64,000 nucleotides of DNA from Takakia lepidozioides (Eukaryota; Plantae; Bryophyta), in the NCBI GenBank assembly GCA_030704615.1, contig CM060733.1, positions 15,810,001 through 15,874,000 of the forward strand, given 5' to 3'. This document shows positions 49,826 through 62,605 of the stretch, one piece after another (the stretch's first letter is position 1; the number at the start of each line of letters is the position of its first letter). The notes beneath the pieces are model-generated. The model had not been told where the DNA came from and did not search any database. It worked only from the letters and a program-made list of their open reading frames with translations. The position numbers and the translations under genes were made by a program.

Positions 49826-52800
49826 CTTCTTCTGCCACTTGCACTTGATTATAACCACTGAAGCCATCCATGAATGAGTACATCTCATGGCCTGCCACAG
49901 TGTCCAATACCGCTTCTGTGAATGGTAAAGGAAAAGGATCTTTCTTCGTGCAAGCATTCAACTTCTTATAATTCACACAAACTCTCAGTTTACCATTTTT
50001 CTTGGGAACTATCACAATGGGTGACAACCACGTTGTATACTCTATCGGGTATATAAACTTAGCCTCAGTCAACTTCTTGATCTCTTCTCCAACCTTCTGT
50101 GCATAGTTGGGATTCATTCTGTACCTTGCCTGCTTGATTGGTACTGACCCTGGTTCCAGTTCAATCTTATGCTGACAGATCTCAGGTGGTATCCCTTTTA
50201 GATCCTCGTAGCTCCAAGCAAATACATCTCTGTATTTGATAAACAAACTCTTAGCTTCTTCAAAGAATTCTGGCTCCAAATCAGCTCCTACCTTCACCAT
50301 CCTCGGTTCCTCTTCAGTTCCCACATTCACTTCCCTCACTTGCTCATCAGCTGTGATTGTCCAACCAGTCACCACTTCATCCTGTAAACTCACAGTGGTT
50401 GGTTCCTCTAGGATTTCCATTTCTCCTTCTCTTTCTTCATAGAAATGTGATGGGTAACTGCTGGTTTCCTCTTCAATTGGTATTGCTGACACTACACCAC
50501 AGCAGATACCTCTTAAACAACTTAGGCTTTCCAGCCGTATCTCTGCAACCTGCTCCCACTCTGGGTGTGCAGCGAACAGGGTAGCTTCCTGCTCCTCATC
50601 CAGTCCTCCCCTCCAGTCATACTCTCTGACCCCTCAAGGTCTTCTCGTAGCAGGTAATCTACTAGATTTCTTAGTGGTAATTTGTATCTCGTGCATCCCA
50701 TTATGCACAGTTAGTAACTGAGAATTCCAGTCATGGAATACCCTGGCATGTTTCAGCCACGGACGTCCCAATAATAAGGAGTAAGCCTCCATGACTTCAT
50801 CCATCTTCAACACAGTTACTGTGATCATGAAGATAATCTTCTGTATCTATATCTTAACTCCTCTTATCAATCCCAATGGCTGTACACTTCTTTGATCTGC
50901 CATTGTTACTGTAAATGGGGCTGGTTTCATGTTACTTAGACCAAGCTTCTTCCTTAATTGGTCTGTCATGATATTTACTCCAGAACCTCCATCTATCAGT
51001 ACATTAGTTAGTTCTGTGCTTCCAATTCTCAATTGGATTACTGGCATAGAATCATCAAAGTCCATGACTGTTTCTCGCCCTTCCGGCTTCACATTATAAC
51101 TGGTCACCTTGCTGTTCAGGTCTGTGTTTTCTGTCACATGGGCAATTTGATTGATTGCTTGATACAGCCTGGGTCTACAATAAGGTGCCACAGCCAATAG
51201 CTGTCCAATGGTAATCTCTGCTTTGGTCTGACATATTACTTCAGCCAAAGTCCCTTCATTACTTTGCATGTCTGCAGCTTCTTTCTTCCTTTCATTCTCA
51301 CTCACTTCTTCTTCTCTATCAGAATCAGAGGAATCTGCCATAGGAATATCAGTACTCTTCTGCATTTCCCTTATGGTATCTGCCACTTCCTTGTGCAGTT
51401 CCTTCTCATCTCTCCAAGCCTCATCATCTTCAGGCACATCACTGCCATCTTCATTATCATCATCTTCCTCAACTACTGGAGGTATTAGTTTGGCTTTGCT
51501 TCTTGTTACTATCATTGTACTTACCTCTGGTACAACACATGGCCTAACCATGTGAGCTGCCACCACTGGGCCCTCATTCACAGGAGCTCTCATCTCATTC
51601 TGGTGTCTAATCCAGAATGAACAGGCTGCCTTGCGATGTCCTGGCTGATTACAATAGTAACACAGTTCTTCACCATTGGGTCCTCGCCCTTGGTCTGCTC
51701 TTGGATTATTTCTGTAATCATGATTCCCTGGCTGGTAATTCCCCCTTGGATTACCCTGATAGTTGCCTCTGGAATTTCCTTGGTAATTCCCTCTTGAATT
51801 ACCTCTCCCTTCTATGCCATTGTTATAACCACCAGGCCTACCATAGTGGTCCTGATCATTGTTTCTTCTTGGCTGGGGCTCCACTTGATGCACCCTTACT
51901 TGCCTAGGTTCTCTAGCAGCTGTCCTTCTGTTGTAGTAACAATTCTCAGTAGAATGGTTATCCATCGTACAGATGGTACATTGTTTCTCCTTCATGTGGC
52001 ATTCAGTGGTGGTATGGCCTTCATTCTGGCACTTTGCACACCAAACACCCTTCCTCCAATGTGTTGCAGCCTCTGTGGCATACTTCTTCAAGATTTCTTC
52101 TAATCTTTTCTCATAGTTATCCCTCTTCAACTTCTCTTTCCTCTTACTCTTCCTTTTCAGCTCTTGCTCTTCTTCCTCATCTGACTCATCCTTAGAGTCC
52201 TCATCATCCCTTTTCTCTCTCCTGAGCATTCCCAATTGCTCAATTCTGTTTGCTGTTTCAAATGCCTCCTCCACTGTATTATGGGGTAACATATCCACTT
52301 TCTTTTGCAACTCTGGTCTTAGTCCACTCACAAACCAAGTTTTCTGTAACCCTGGTGCTGGTACAGCAGCCAGCTTTTTCATCATCAATTCCATCTTTTC
52401 CATATACTCCTCAACAGTTTCATGCTTCTTTTGCTTTAACTGTTGTAAACTTCCATATACTTCATCCTCAGTTTTACTTGTCTTGAACCTGTTTCGGAAT
52501 GTTGTATTCAAGCCATTCCAGGTTAGGAAATGATTATCGGGGAATCTTGCATACCATTCACTTGCTTTCTTGATAAGTGAACAAGGAAACAATCTCATCT
52601 TGGCATCATCGCCATGTTCACTATACACATGTGCTCAAATTGGCTAATGTGTACATCGGGATCCATTTTTCCTGAATATATTGGAAAAGGTGGTTTTGCC
52701 CGTGTTGGTTGTAATGCCATCTGTGGCCCTACCTTCTGCCCACTGACAGATGCTGGCACCCTTGCTGGTGCTGGTCCTTGAGGACCTGTTGTAGTTGTGG

Positions 52801-53380
52801 TGGATCTTCCACCCAGTGGTGGCCCCTGAGCACTCCCTGTTACTGGCCCCACGATATTCACAGTATTCCTAGCTCCAGTTGCACTACTTCCCACACTCCA
52901 TGTCCCCCCAGAGCCAGATCCAGGCAGCCCGCCTGATCCCCCTGAGCCGACACCTTTGTTGGCCTGTGATCCAAGTGCTCCACTTGATCCGGGTCCAACG
53001 GGTTGGGATGTCCTGGTTGTAGTCTCAACCTCAGCTGTTGGGTCTACTTCTTCATACTCTTCCTCTTCCAATTTCTTCTCTCTATTTTCATCCTCCAAGT
53101 TCTGCCCTTGGGTTTCTTCTTCACTCATGTAACTCAACTGCAATGGTGTTGGAGAGTCTGAACTCTCCGTTGGCTCTGCCACATCCCCTTCTCCTTCTTC
53201 ACCTTCCGTTTCAGAAACTGGAGTTCCTGCTTTTGGTGTTCCATGCCAACTCTTATCAAAGATTTCTGTCAAATCTTTTATCCAGGGATGTACCTCATAT
53301 CTTTCACCTCGTGGTTGATCTTCTTCCCGTACCAATTCCCTTAATCTTTCTTGCAAAGAAAATGAAGGAGTGGCATCCAA
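49826..53380 (-). pseudogene. gag-protease-RT (N-terminal part), frameshifted
   Basis: ORFs 52595-53380, 50847-52628, 50634-50828 and 49815-50492. Confidence 0.9.
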
Positions 53381-54139
53381 CTCTAGTTCTTCCGGTATGG
53401 GTGATGTACTCTCTGATCTTAATGGTGTGAGAGGTCCAGATGATTCCCTTATGTCTATTCCTCTCTCCCAAAGATATGGATAATTAGCTTTCAGATAACT
53501 TTATCTTTTTGCTGAATATCTCTGGAGTCTAGCTTATCTTTCATCACTCATGTCCCATGTCTTTCATTTCTTTAATGTGGCAGTAACCAAAACTCTCTTT
53601 TGTAGTATCTCTCGTATATGCCTGGGTTTCTTTCAAGCTTCAATGCACCCTTGGCTATACTAGAAGTCTCCGTTACCATATAACCATATGGTAAACAAGT
53701 CTGGAAAGCTGTTCTTGGTGTGAGTTTGATCCACAGAATATCCTTTGGAATCCAATTCTTTACCAGTACAAGCTCTTCATGCATATGAGTATAAACATTC
53801 AACTTCCTTTCCTCCCAGCCTTCAAACTCTACTCGCTTAATGGATAGCAATGCTATCACATAAACCAGTGTTGGTAACCAACGTGCTCTTCCTCTACATG
53901 CCACCTGATAAATCTTTATCACTCCTTTCTCCAGACCCCACTCAGGGTCAGCATCATGCACTCTCTTAAGAATGTTTTCTTTACAACCGTCTAGCAATTC
54001 CAAAAACCTCTGAAAGAATCGTTTGGACAATCTTTCCTTCTCAGTTTCACAGGGAATTTGATTCACATCAAATTCTTTAATTCTCCAACCACCATGATCC
54101 CACCAGATGCCTGTCACATCTGGTTGTTCCAGACTTAGT

Positions 54140-54157
54140 CCCCCAGTATGGTCGCCA
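54140..54157 (-). other. Primer-binding site, tRNA-Arg-like
   Basis: TGGCGACCATACTGGGGG, 2 nt after the terminal CA of the LTR. Confidence 0.7.
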
Positions 54158-54159
54158 AA

Positions 54160-55024
54160 TGTCGAGCGGCTTTTACTCACCCATCCCTTCGCTATCCGAG
54201 GTGGGAACTCCAAGATAGAAGAGTTGGAAATCTCTAAGCACTCAGCCCGCTCAGAACAATCAGTCATGACCTACAGCTAGTGTATCATGGGGGTGTTTCC
54301 TATTTGTACTCCTTCCCGCATTCATGTTAGCGAGTTACCTTACTGTCTACAATTAAGTATCAGATTGCTTCAGAAATCTATCAGGTTCCATCCATTCATT
54401 CCACAGCTTCACTCAGGTCTCTCTACACAGTGTGAGTATGAAGTATGTATCAGATTAATATCTATCAAGTATCAGGCTGAAGCCATGGTGTCTCTAATCT
54501 ACTCTACATTACAATCCTACACGCTCTTCGCTTTTTCTACCTATAAGCTGTTCTAACCGCTTTCCTAACTAACCGTCATCCCTGTAGTACACGTTCTTTT
54601 TTTAGATGTCGTTCCCCCACCATCGTTCCCTGCCAATGATAACTGTCCCCCAGCTGTGCCGAGCTGTGATTGGCTGTATCAGGATGTGGCGGGCTGTGAC
54701 TGGCTGCGTCGGGCTGTGTAGGGCTGTGCGAAACTGTGGCGGCTGTATCGGGCTGTGACTGGCTGTGTTGGGCTGTGTTGGCTGTGTTGGCTGTGACTGG
54801 TTGTGTTGGACTGTGACGGGCTGTGTTGGCTGTGCGAAGCTGTGACGACTGTGGTGACTGTGTCGGCTGTGTTGGACTGTGATGGACTGTGTCGGGCTGT
54901 GTATCTCCCCCCCTAAAGCCTGTTGTTGTCACCCCTAATGCTCTGTTGGTCTCAGTCTGTGTAAAAATTAAGGGTACCCCACAGATCCCGTAAAAGTGTC
55001 TAAGTCCCACGCAGCCCTCTAACA
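54160..55024 (-). repeat. 5' LTR (865 bp)
   Basis: TGTTAGAG...GCTCGACA with an internal CACAGCC minisatellite. Homologous to 16915-17948. Confidence 0.88.
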
Positions 55025-56110
55025 CACCTACATGAGAAGAGTCTTCCTCGTCACTGCAACCTCTTGCCCCTCCTGCATTGGAACCTCCTGCATCTTTAGG
55101 ATGGGCACCCTTCACAAATGCAAGCCCCATTACTCTCGTCAAATCTGTGATAGCTCTAACCATGTTGTTTTGAGTGCGGTTTACTTTTTGTCTTTCATTT
55201 TGAAGTAGTCAAACTGCGTGTATAGAAGAAACTCTCGTGCCTTCGTGCGTTTCTCTTCAATGACCAAACTCGTCTGGTGTATGCGATCAACAGATTCTGC
55301 TAGCAGTTTATTGTCTTTCTCCCCACCTCCATCTGCACCAAGCAAGAGGCCTGGAAACACAGGTGTAAAACAAAAATCATCATCTATGCACAGGGACATG
55401 GCCTGTCAGTGGTATGAATTGGAGATGTTGCCCGAGATTGACGAGGCACATCAGTCGTGCATCTATGAGGGATGAACGCATGTTCGGTTATGGGGGTCAC
55501 AAACGGTGGTACAGATGTAGGAATGGAGGGAGGAAAGATGGCGAGTACTTGCCAATTACCTTGCAATCCCTGGTCTATGTCAGAATTAGGATTCATCGTA
55601 TCCATCCTTGGTGGAGAATTCAGATCCTGGGTCGTTTGTTCTGTTGAAAGTGCATCGTCAGAATGACCGATAAGATTGTAAATTGTATCGCCGTCGAGCA
55701 TGTAATCTCGTGCATGTGGGGGACTGAAAATTGGTCTAGCGCCCATAAATGCATCAATAAGCTCGTACATCTCTTTGTTGAAATGTCTGGGTAGGCTCAA
55801 CACAATCTTGTCATGTGGACTCATATCCCAGTACTCCTCGTTTGAGCCTGTGCCATTCATGTAGTCCAAGATCCGTTTGAAGTCACCATAGATGGCTCCC
55901 CATTTATCTTTGCATGCAGGCCCATTCCTTGTGTAGGTAGAGTTGCCCTCGTCCATGACAACTGCATCAATTTTCTTCCACTTGGTGACAGCTGATTCAA
56001 ATTGATCTCTCGGATCCGCCCTTTCAATGGATGCCATATGTTCATTCATTTTGGCTTTGATCAGAGACATCACTTCGGTGTGTTCCCAATTGGGTTGGCG
56101 AGGCCCTCTT
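55025..56110 (-). pseudogene. Myb/SANT-like (trihelix) gene of PIF/Harbinger type, frameshifted and cut by the LTR element
   Basis: PNW..E..LI, KWKKI, RNGPACKDKW, EYWDM and LPRHFNKEMY motifs. Confidence 0.7.
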
Positions 56111-56959
56111 GGTTCTCACTTCCAAAGTTGAATATGATGATACAACAACTTGTTTGCTTTTCTTGCCTCTTCCCCCAGGCCGTGGTGCTCTGCCACCTCT
56201 AGAAGGCCCAAATGCTTGTTTCACTTCTTTGTCTTGAGTCGACTCTTCACCTTGACGCACCGCACCCTCATTCACACCATACAAGGTGTCATTGATCTTA
56301 GCACCAAAGACTGACATGGTGACTGTACAAAGCACTGAGAAAAAAGAGAACTAGAAGGACTTGAGAAACCAATCTGCTTAGGATCTGTTCTGCGTTGGGA
56401 GTCGTGTGAAATGGGAGCGTTGTGAACTGAGAGCTTTGTCTCTGAAGTATGAGAGATCGATGATGCAGATGCAACTGATATCTTCATTTGAATATTGAAG
56501 CGGGGAATATGGATCGGGGGCGGGGTCATGTTTCAAAATGGTGCTAACGTAACATCGAGTTATGTGATCGGTTTTTCCAGCGTTTAGCTACCATCAAGCT
56601 TTCCATTGAAAACTGTGGTCGTGGTATCTTCTGGGTGGTAACTACCACAAGAACAAATATCACGATAACACTGGCAGCCACGTCGGATGCCAGGTCAGAT
56701 CAAATGTTGCATAACATTTTATATGTGAACATGTAGGTTTTCTACCATCGCTTACCACCATCGTAACTCTGAGATGCCACCAGGTCTGCAGGGACCTTCA
56801 TATACTTAGTGCTGATACAGGCCAATGATCGGATCAGGTCTCTTAAAGGGTCTGCAACTGTTGGAAATTGGCCTCGCAGACTAGACCAGTGTTGCGCGGA
56901 GATTTGATTTCACCTCAGACCCCTAGAGGGTCCCAACTTCGATATATATACATGTGGAT

Positions 56960-59450
56960 CTGCTAGAGGTCAAAAATTAAATATCCACCTCCATTAGGAA
57001 CCGCGGGATATGAAGAGATGGGATAACCGGATCCGGTTGAGAACCGGAACCTTGCCTTTTTTTTGGTATTTGTTTTGATTCGGAACTAGTGGCCCAAAAG
57101 ATGCACGTTATGAACCTGTTACTTTTAGATCCGACATTTAGAACCAGAGGTTATAATCCGGTTAATAGTTTATTATCATAATCCAGATAACAACCTATAA
57201 TAACCTTTACTATAACTTTAACACATTATAATTTTAAATTTGGATTATTTTTAATTTAATTAAAATATACGTGTACTTGTTTGATAACCGGATACTGAAG
57301 CGTCGCAGGCCATCGACATTTAAACTCCATTTGTCCATAACCGCATAGCTTTATTTGTTGTCAACCAGCACGATATTAAAAACGAAAAAGCTCCAAAACC
57401 CCTAAACCGGAGGATGTGAATACAAAGTTGAAGTTAAACATCCGGCGTAACCAGCTGATATCAGAAAATTCAAGTAACCATGCAATACTGGACGAGACAC
57501 GAGACTCATTAGCAGGTTCAGGAGCATAGCTTTGGATTCGGGATGAAGCAATCTTGTCCAACGAGGGTTGGACGCCAACCTACCTTCTGCATCCAATGCA
57601 AATACAAAAACAGGAAACCACGGTTGGACTCCGAGATTATAAAGTTTGATCTTGGGCCAATGGTGAAATCTCTCTCAAATGTTGTATGGCAAAATAAACC
57701 ATGCAAATGTTTTCCAATGAAGTCAGGTCCTCCACCTGAGTCTGCAGGCCATCTACATCTTCCTGTAGCTCTGCTATCCTACTTAAAACATTGTCTATAG
57801 TAGTTGTGGCAATGTTCTGCACCTGCAGTCTGAGCTCATTCATCTCGCCTTGGGTGAGCTTTCGTGGTGCTTTGCCTTCCACCGATCCTTGTGCTAACCA
57901 GACTTGCATAAGGTGGTTATCCACAAAATTGCGTGTGGCACCCCTGAGAGTTTGCTCCTCTGTGAACCTGTACACATCTATCTGCTGCTGTAAAGCCTCC
58001 ATGCGCTTCGCATGAGGTTCAACCAAACTCGCATAGGCAGCAGCCAGATTATTGGCTTCCTTCCGAGCCTTGTTAGCGACAGAGAGTTCATTTCTATTGG
58101 CCATGACCGTTTGTTGCAATTCCAGGATGTACCTCTCTTGGTCAGCTTCAACCTGCCTGTATTGCTTGAAAGTATTCTCGTTGCGACAGATTGTATTCTT
58201 CATATCAATAATGAGTTTCGCCTGCTCGAGATTATCGACCTGTGCCTTCACACATCTTTCCGCTTGGTTGTTAACTTCTAATGTAATTTGCTCAAGCGTA
58301 GTTGTGAGTGTAGCACATTGTATGGCCATCTTCTTATGTACTGTTTGCAACTCCGTATGTAATGCATTGACTTCTTGCAAGTTGCTCTCATGTTTCACCT
58401 GCATTTGGTATAGCTGTTGCTTATGTGCTTCGTGCAACTTGTCTTGCGCGAGGCCTGCTTCAATCAAATGTTCCTTGGCCAATTGCAAAGCAGCTTTTGT
58501 ACTTTCTAACTCTTGCTGTATCTTGAGAGTGACCTCCTCATCGACCTTGTTTGCACACTCAGTGGCAAGTCGAGCCTCAAACTCAATTGGGCAGTTCTCC
58601 GGGCGGGGGGCGGGGGGTGTCGGGGCCGAAAAATAAAAATAAAAATAAAATTGCCCCCCCCCCCCCCCCCCGAGAACTGAGTGCGTCAACGCCTTCATGA
58701 TCATGATTTCAGGATGATAATCGACGACATTGATGACAATGTTGTGCGGCTCCGGATTTTGACCCCGGGTACCCGGCGGGTTAGGGTCAGCGTTTTTTTT
58801 ATTGGCAATTTTTCGCCATTTGGCCGCCTGAAAATCCCCTTGGCGAATGAAACAAAAAGAAAAACAGGTCCGAATAAGGCAATTTTCGCCAAAAACTAGG
58901 GGTCTCAAAAATGTCCTCACCTGTGGACCCATCTGACGGGCCAGGTGAGGAGTGGGTTTAGGATTGTGGGGCCTCCCCCGCTTCCCTAGGAGATGCTCGT
59001 CGTCGGTCTTGCGAGAACTATACACCTCATTTGTACCAATTAGCCTATGGTTTTTCACATATAAAAAGTTTAATTCGTCCTATGGCTTTCAACTATTTCT
59101 GTACTTCACCTTCTATTGCTCATCAACATCCATTTGATTCACAAAAAATTGCAAAGGTGGAAATACACGTAGCCTACCAATTCGAGGAAAATTACCTAGA
59201 GTGGGCCACTTGCACTACCCTACACCCAATATATATAGCCACTCCTACCCCTTTTCAAAATCCCTAAAAAAAACCTTGGTTAGGGTCCGGGTTACCTATC
59301 CGGATCCAGACCCGTGCCATCACCAAAAACTCGGACCCTGACCCAGGTTCATTTTTAGAATGAACCTGGAACCGGACCCAGACCCGCCAGCTAGGTCTAG
59401 AACCCGTTAAACCTGCTACTCGCTGGCCGGAGTTGATATAGCCATCTTCC
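56960..59450 (-). mobile_element. Highly degraded hAT-like element, interrupted by a retrotransposon fragment
   Basis: ACCGGA/GACCC subterminal repeats at both ends, and weak dimerisation-domain-like peptides near 57500-57690. Confidence 0.3.
57718..58584 (-). pseudogene. Displaced fragment of the Gypsy extra ORF (coiled-coil part)
   Basis: EFEARLATEC...VEDLTS, matching about 14756-15619. Confidence 0.9.
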
Positions 59451-61779
59451 CTAGTTCACTAGTTGACTTTCTAGAGAGTTCTATTTTCTAAATAGTTCTA
59501 CTATTGTTGGTGGGTTGAAAAGCAACTCACTAGTGGGTGTGGCTGCTGCAGGAGTATACTTATAGGAACAATGACCAGAGAAGGTTGGGACTTGGTGAGA
59601 GTGGGGCCAGGTGGGATCGCGGCTTGGAGCTCGTCTTCAAGGTAGAGCGCTTGGGGCTGGTGGAGGGTGGGACCAGCGTGAAGTGCTTGGGGTTGACGAA
59701 GTAGGGCTGGGGGAATTGGGTCGATCGTTGTGCTTATAAAGGGGACTCAATATTGCCGTGTTTGCCGTATATTGCCATGTTTGCCGTGTTTGGAAGTTTT
59801 GCTATGTTCACCTCTTCTTCCAAAATATACGTTTCCACGGTAATAGGACCCCCTCTAAACCCTGTCCTTGGTTATAGGACTTGCTTCTCCCTCCTCTAAA
59901 CCCTGGGCTCACGCTTAGAGGGCAAAGCGTGAGCCGAGCTCCTGGGCTCACGCGCCTAGGCTCACGCTGTAGCTACGTCCTAATCCAATGCATGCACTAT
60001 GATTTGCTGACAACATCCCCAACCTTAGAGGTACCTACCATGTTGTTGTTGTATAATATATAGATGCAACCTCCTCACTTGACAACGATACTCCCCCATT
60101 TTTACAATGAATCTCACAATCCTTATATGGGATGCGGTGAATTCCCAAAATTGGCCCAAAATCCAACACAACCATGATATTATTAATATCCAAATGCATG
60201 TAATTTTCCAACATGGAACCATATGCCAGTGGGACTTACAAAACATCATGTGCAACTCGAACAGTGGTTCCTGACTCTATTGTCGGCATGTCATGGTGCA
60301 CTCTCAAAACTATTGGATGGGATATATTTCAGCTGTTGCAAGTTGTCATGGTCACATACAAGCTCAGTCGTGGGAATATCCACATCCCAGAAGACGATGG
60401 ATTTTTATTGTCAGTTTGAGGGGGAATATCTTTCAATAACCAATGATGTACAAACTTGCATTTGTCCTTGGCTATTTATTATGCCTTGGACCTAATGTGA
60501 GGGAGAATGAATTCTGTTATTTTCAACTACTCCTTCTTGTTTACATCTTTATTCAAATCAAGAGTTTGAGAAGGAGTTTGTCTCCTCCCCCAAGATCGTT
60601 GGCTGCCTCATAGGTGTTGTTATTGGCCGATCGTAAGTTGAGTTTCAGAACAGAACAACCTGCTGAAGCATAGTGGTTCTGGTTCATGGTGGACCGACTT
60701 TCCTCTTGACTCGGAATTCCATACTGCACTAGGGACTGAATCGTGGGTTGAAACTAAAGCAACCATTTCCTTAGAGCTTTTTGATTTGTTCTCTACTTTG
60801 CAGCTTGTTTGATGATTCCCTTTGGACCTCATGATTCAGCCAAATTTTCTCTCTAAGTAAACAGTTCAATGCAACAAAAAAGCCATCAAACTCTCCTTCA
60901 CATTTTCACTCTTCTCACTGAAGTATACTAACACATTGTCTTCTAAACAAATATCTGAAGTTGTAGGATTTTGGGTTGGCATGCTATAGCTTAAACTTAC
61001 ACTTGGGTTTTGGCAAAAACAACAAATGCTTGGTATTCAAGCAAGTCTTGGCACACCTTAGTGTTTGATCTTTAATAGCCCCGATCCCAATAGCCCAAGC
61101 CATTACAATTGTGTGATCCCTTGAGGGAATTTTACGGCCTCCAAGTTCTTTGCTTTCAAATCCAAAATGAAAGCAATCTGCCTCACTAGCTCTACTCCAC
61201 TTATACTACTTCAAAAACTTAAAGGCTAGGAGTGAGATACAAATGCAAAACCTAAATACAGTAGCTAGATGATGCAAGTTACAGCCAAGTGTAACTATAG
61301 AAATGCAATCCACATGCAATTAGAAAACAATGTACTAAAATTGGTAATGCTCATTATAAGAAATGTAAATGACTCACAACACTAAGATAATGTAGGTCAC
61401 ATAAACCCTTAAAATCCTTGAACCAAAATCAAACAAAGGAAGGAAAACCTAAAGCTAGAGAGTTAGAGAGACAAAAACACATGCAACGGAATAAATACCT
61501 CAAGTGTGAAGCAATGGAGTTAGAAGAGGCGTGGGAAGGTGGTGGGGCTCGAGGCCTAAGTGAGTGGAAAGAAGACACTGCACATGTATGTGAAGGCTTC
61601 ATGAGCACATGCATAGCTTGGAGGCGCAATATCGAGCAGTTGATGTTGATGTTGATGTTGATGGAATCAGGCCCAGTCCTCAACCGGGAGATGATAAATA
61701 GACGATACAGTGAAATGCTCCAATAAACTTTATAAAATCTGGGAAATGACAATAAATTCATTTTTAAAATATTTGTTAA

Positions 61780-62605
61780 CCCTTAAGTTCCCAAGCCTTT
61801 TTTTGACAATTTAACAATTTTGGGTACCCAGCTGCAGTAAATTGCCCCTAGAAACCTACCGAAAATCATCCAGAGATTCTAGCCTTATAGCAATGGGCCC
61901 AGCTCATTTATGCATGACATACCAAAAAAGGAGCCAAGTCCACCGTGGAAATTGTGAGATTATAGCGTTGGCCCGGACCTCAAATATCAGGTCCCAAAGA
62001 AAAAGTGAGAAAGAAATTGGTTTGACCAAATCAAAGCCTATCTTTATCCAATTTTGCTTGCCCCAAGACCCACCATTTCCAAATCGAAAGTGGAGTGGAT
62101 ATGACCCCACTAAATTGCAGGTCCAACTGATTTTTTCACCTATGCTTGCTATTCATGCAATTACATGGGGGTTGAAATCTCAAAATTGACAAGAGAAAAT
62201 GTGCCTCCAAATGAAGTACTTTTTTTTTCTACAATTTTTTTAAAAGCCAATGGTGGATGTGTGTATGTAATGCTCACACACCACAAGGTGAAGTGTTTTT
62301 TCCAAAATTGCTAATTTTATGCCAAAAATGGCCTTTGGAGTGCAATCTGTTTTGGGCTTGTTTACCTGTCACGTCAGCGGTCAACAAGCCCTTTTCAGGC
62401 CCCAAAACGTAAATGAGAGATCTAAGATATTTTTTTGTAGGTCGAAGCTTTTGTTTTTTTTTAATTTTGTTTTTTGCATCATACTCGAGACAAATCCCTT
62501 GTCATTAAAGCTTCAGGAGTGGGCCCCATTAGATTAGATCTGCAAAAATTAGGTCAAACTGCAAATTCAAAGTGACCCGATTCAGGTCGCTTGGGAACTT
62601 AAGGG
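61780..62605. mobile_element. Non-autonomous piggyBac-type element (826 bp)
   Basis: Perfect 17-bp TIRs CCCTTAAGTTCCCAAGC / GCTTGGGAACTTAAGGG, flanked by TTAA at 61776-61779 and 62606-62609. Confidence 0.82.

Larger units (their letters stand above)
48448..55024 (-). mobile_element. Rearranged Ty3/Gypsy element, same family as 10088-17948 (5' LTR, PBS, 5' extra ORF, gag, protease, RT N-terminus, piece of the 3' extra ORF)
   Basis: LTR homology, gag with three CCHC knuckles, protease VLIDGGSGVN, and RT WLSPIVIVPKK...MDGFSGYNQ. Confidence 0.9.

Noticed and set aside
10088-55024. The two Gypsy halves as one element split by an inversion
   Set aside because: The RT pieces are nearly complementary, but the LTRs are clearly diverged, the flanks do not form a TSD (AGGTG vs CCTGC), and both carry their own extra-ORF copy.
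1-58584. One large inverted segmental duplication
   Set aside because: The order of the shared elements is not mirrored, and MULE copy 2 has its own TSD, indicating an independent insertion.
57637-59058. 473-aa ORF as a real gene
   Set aside because: It is a chimeric read-through of unrelated repeats into the displaced retrotransposon fragment.
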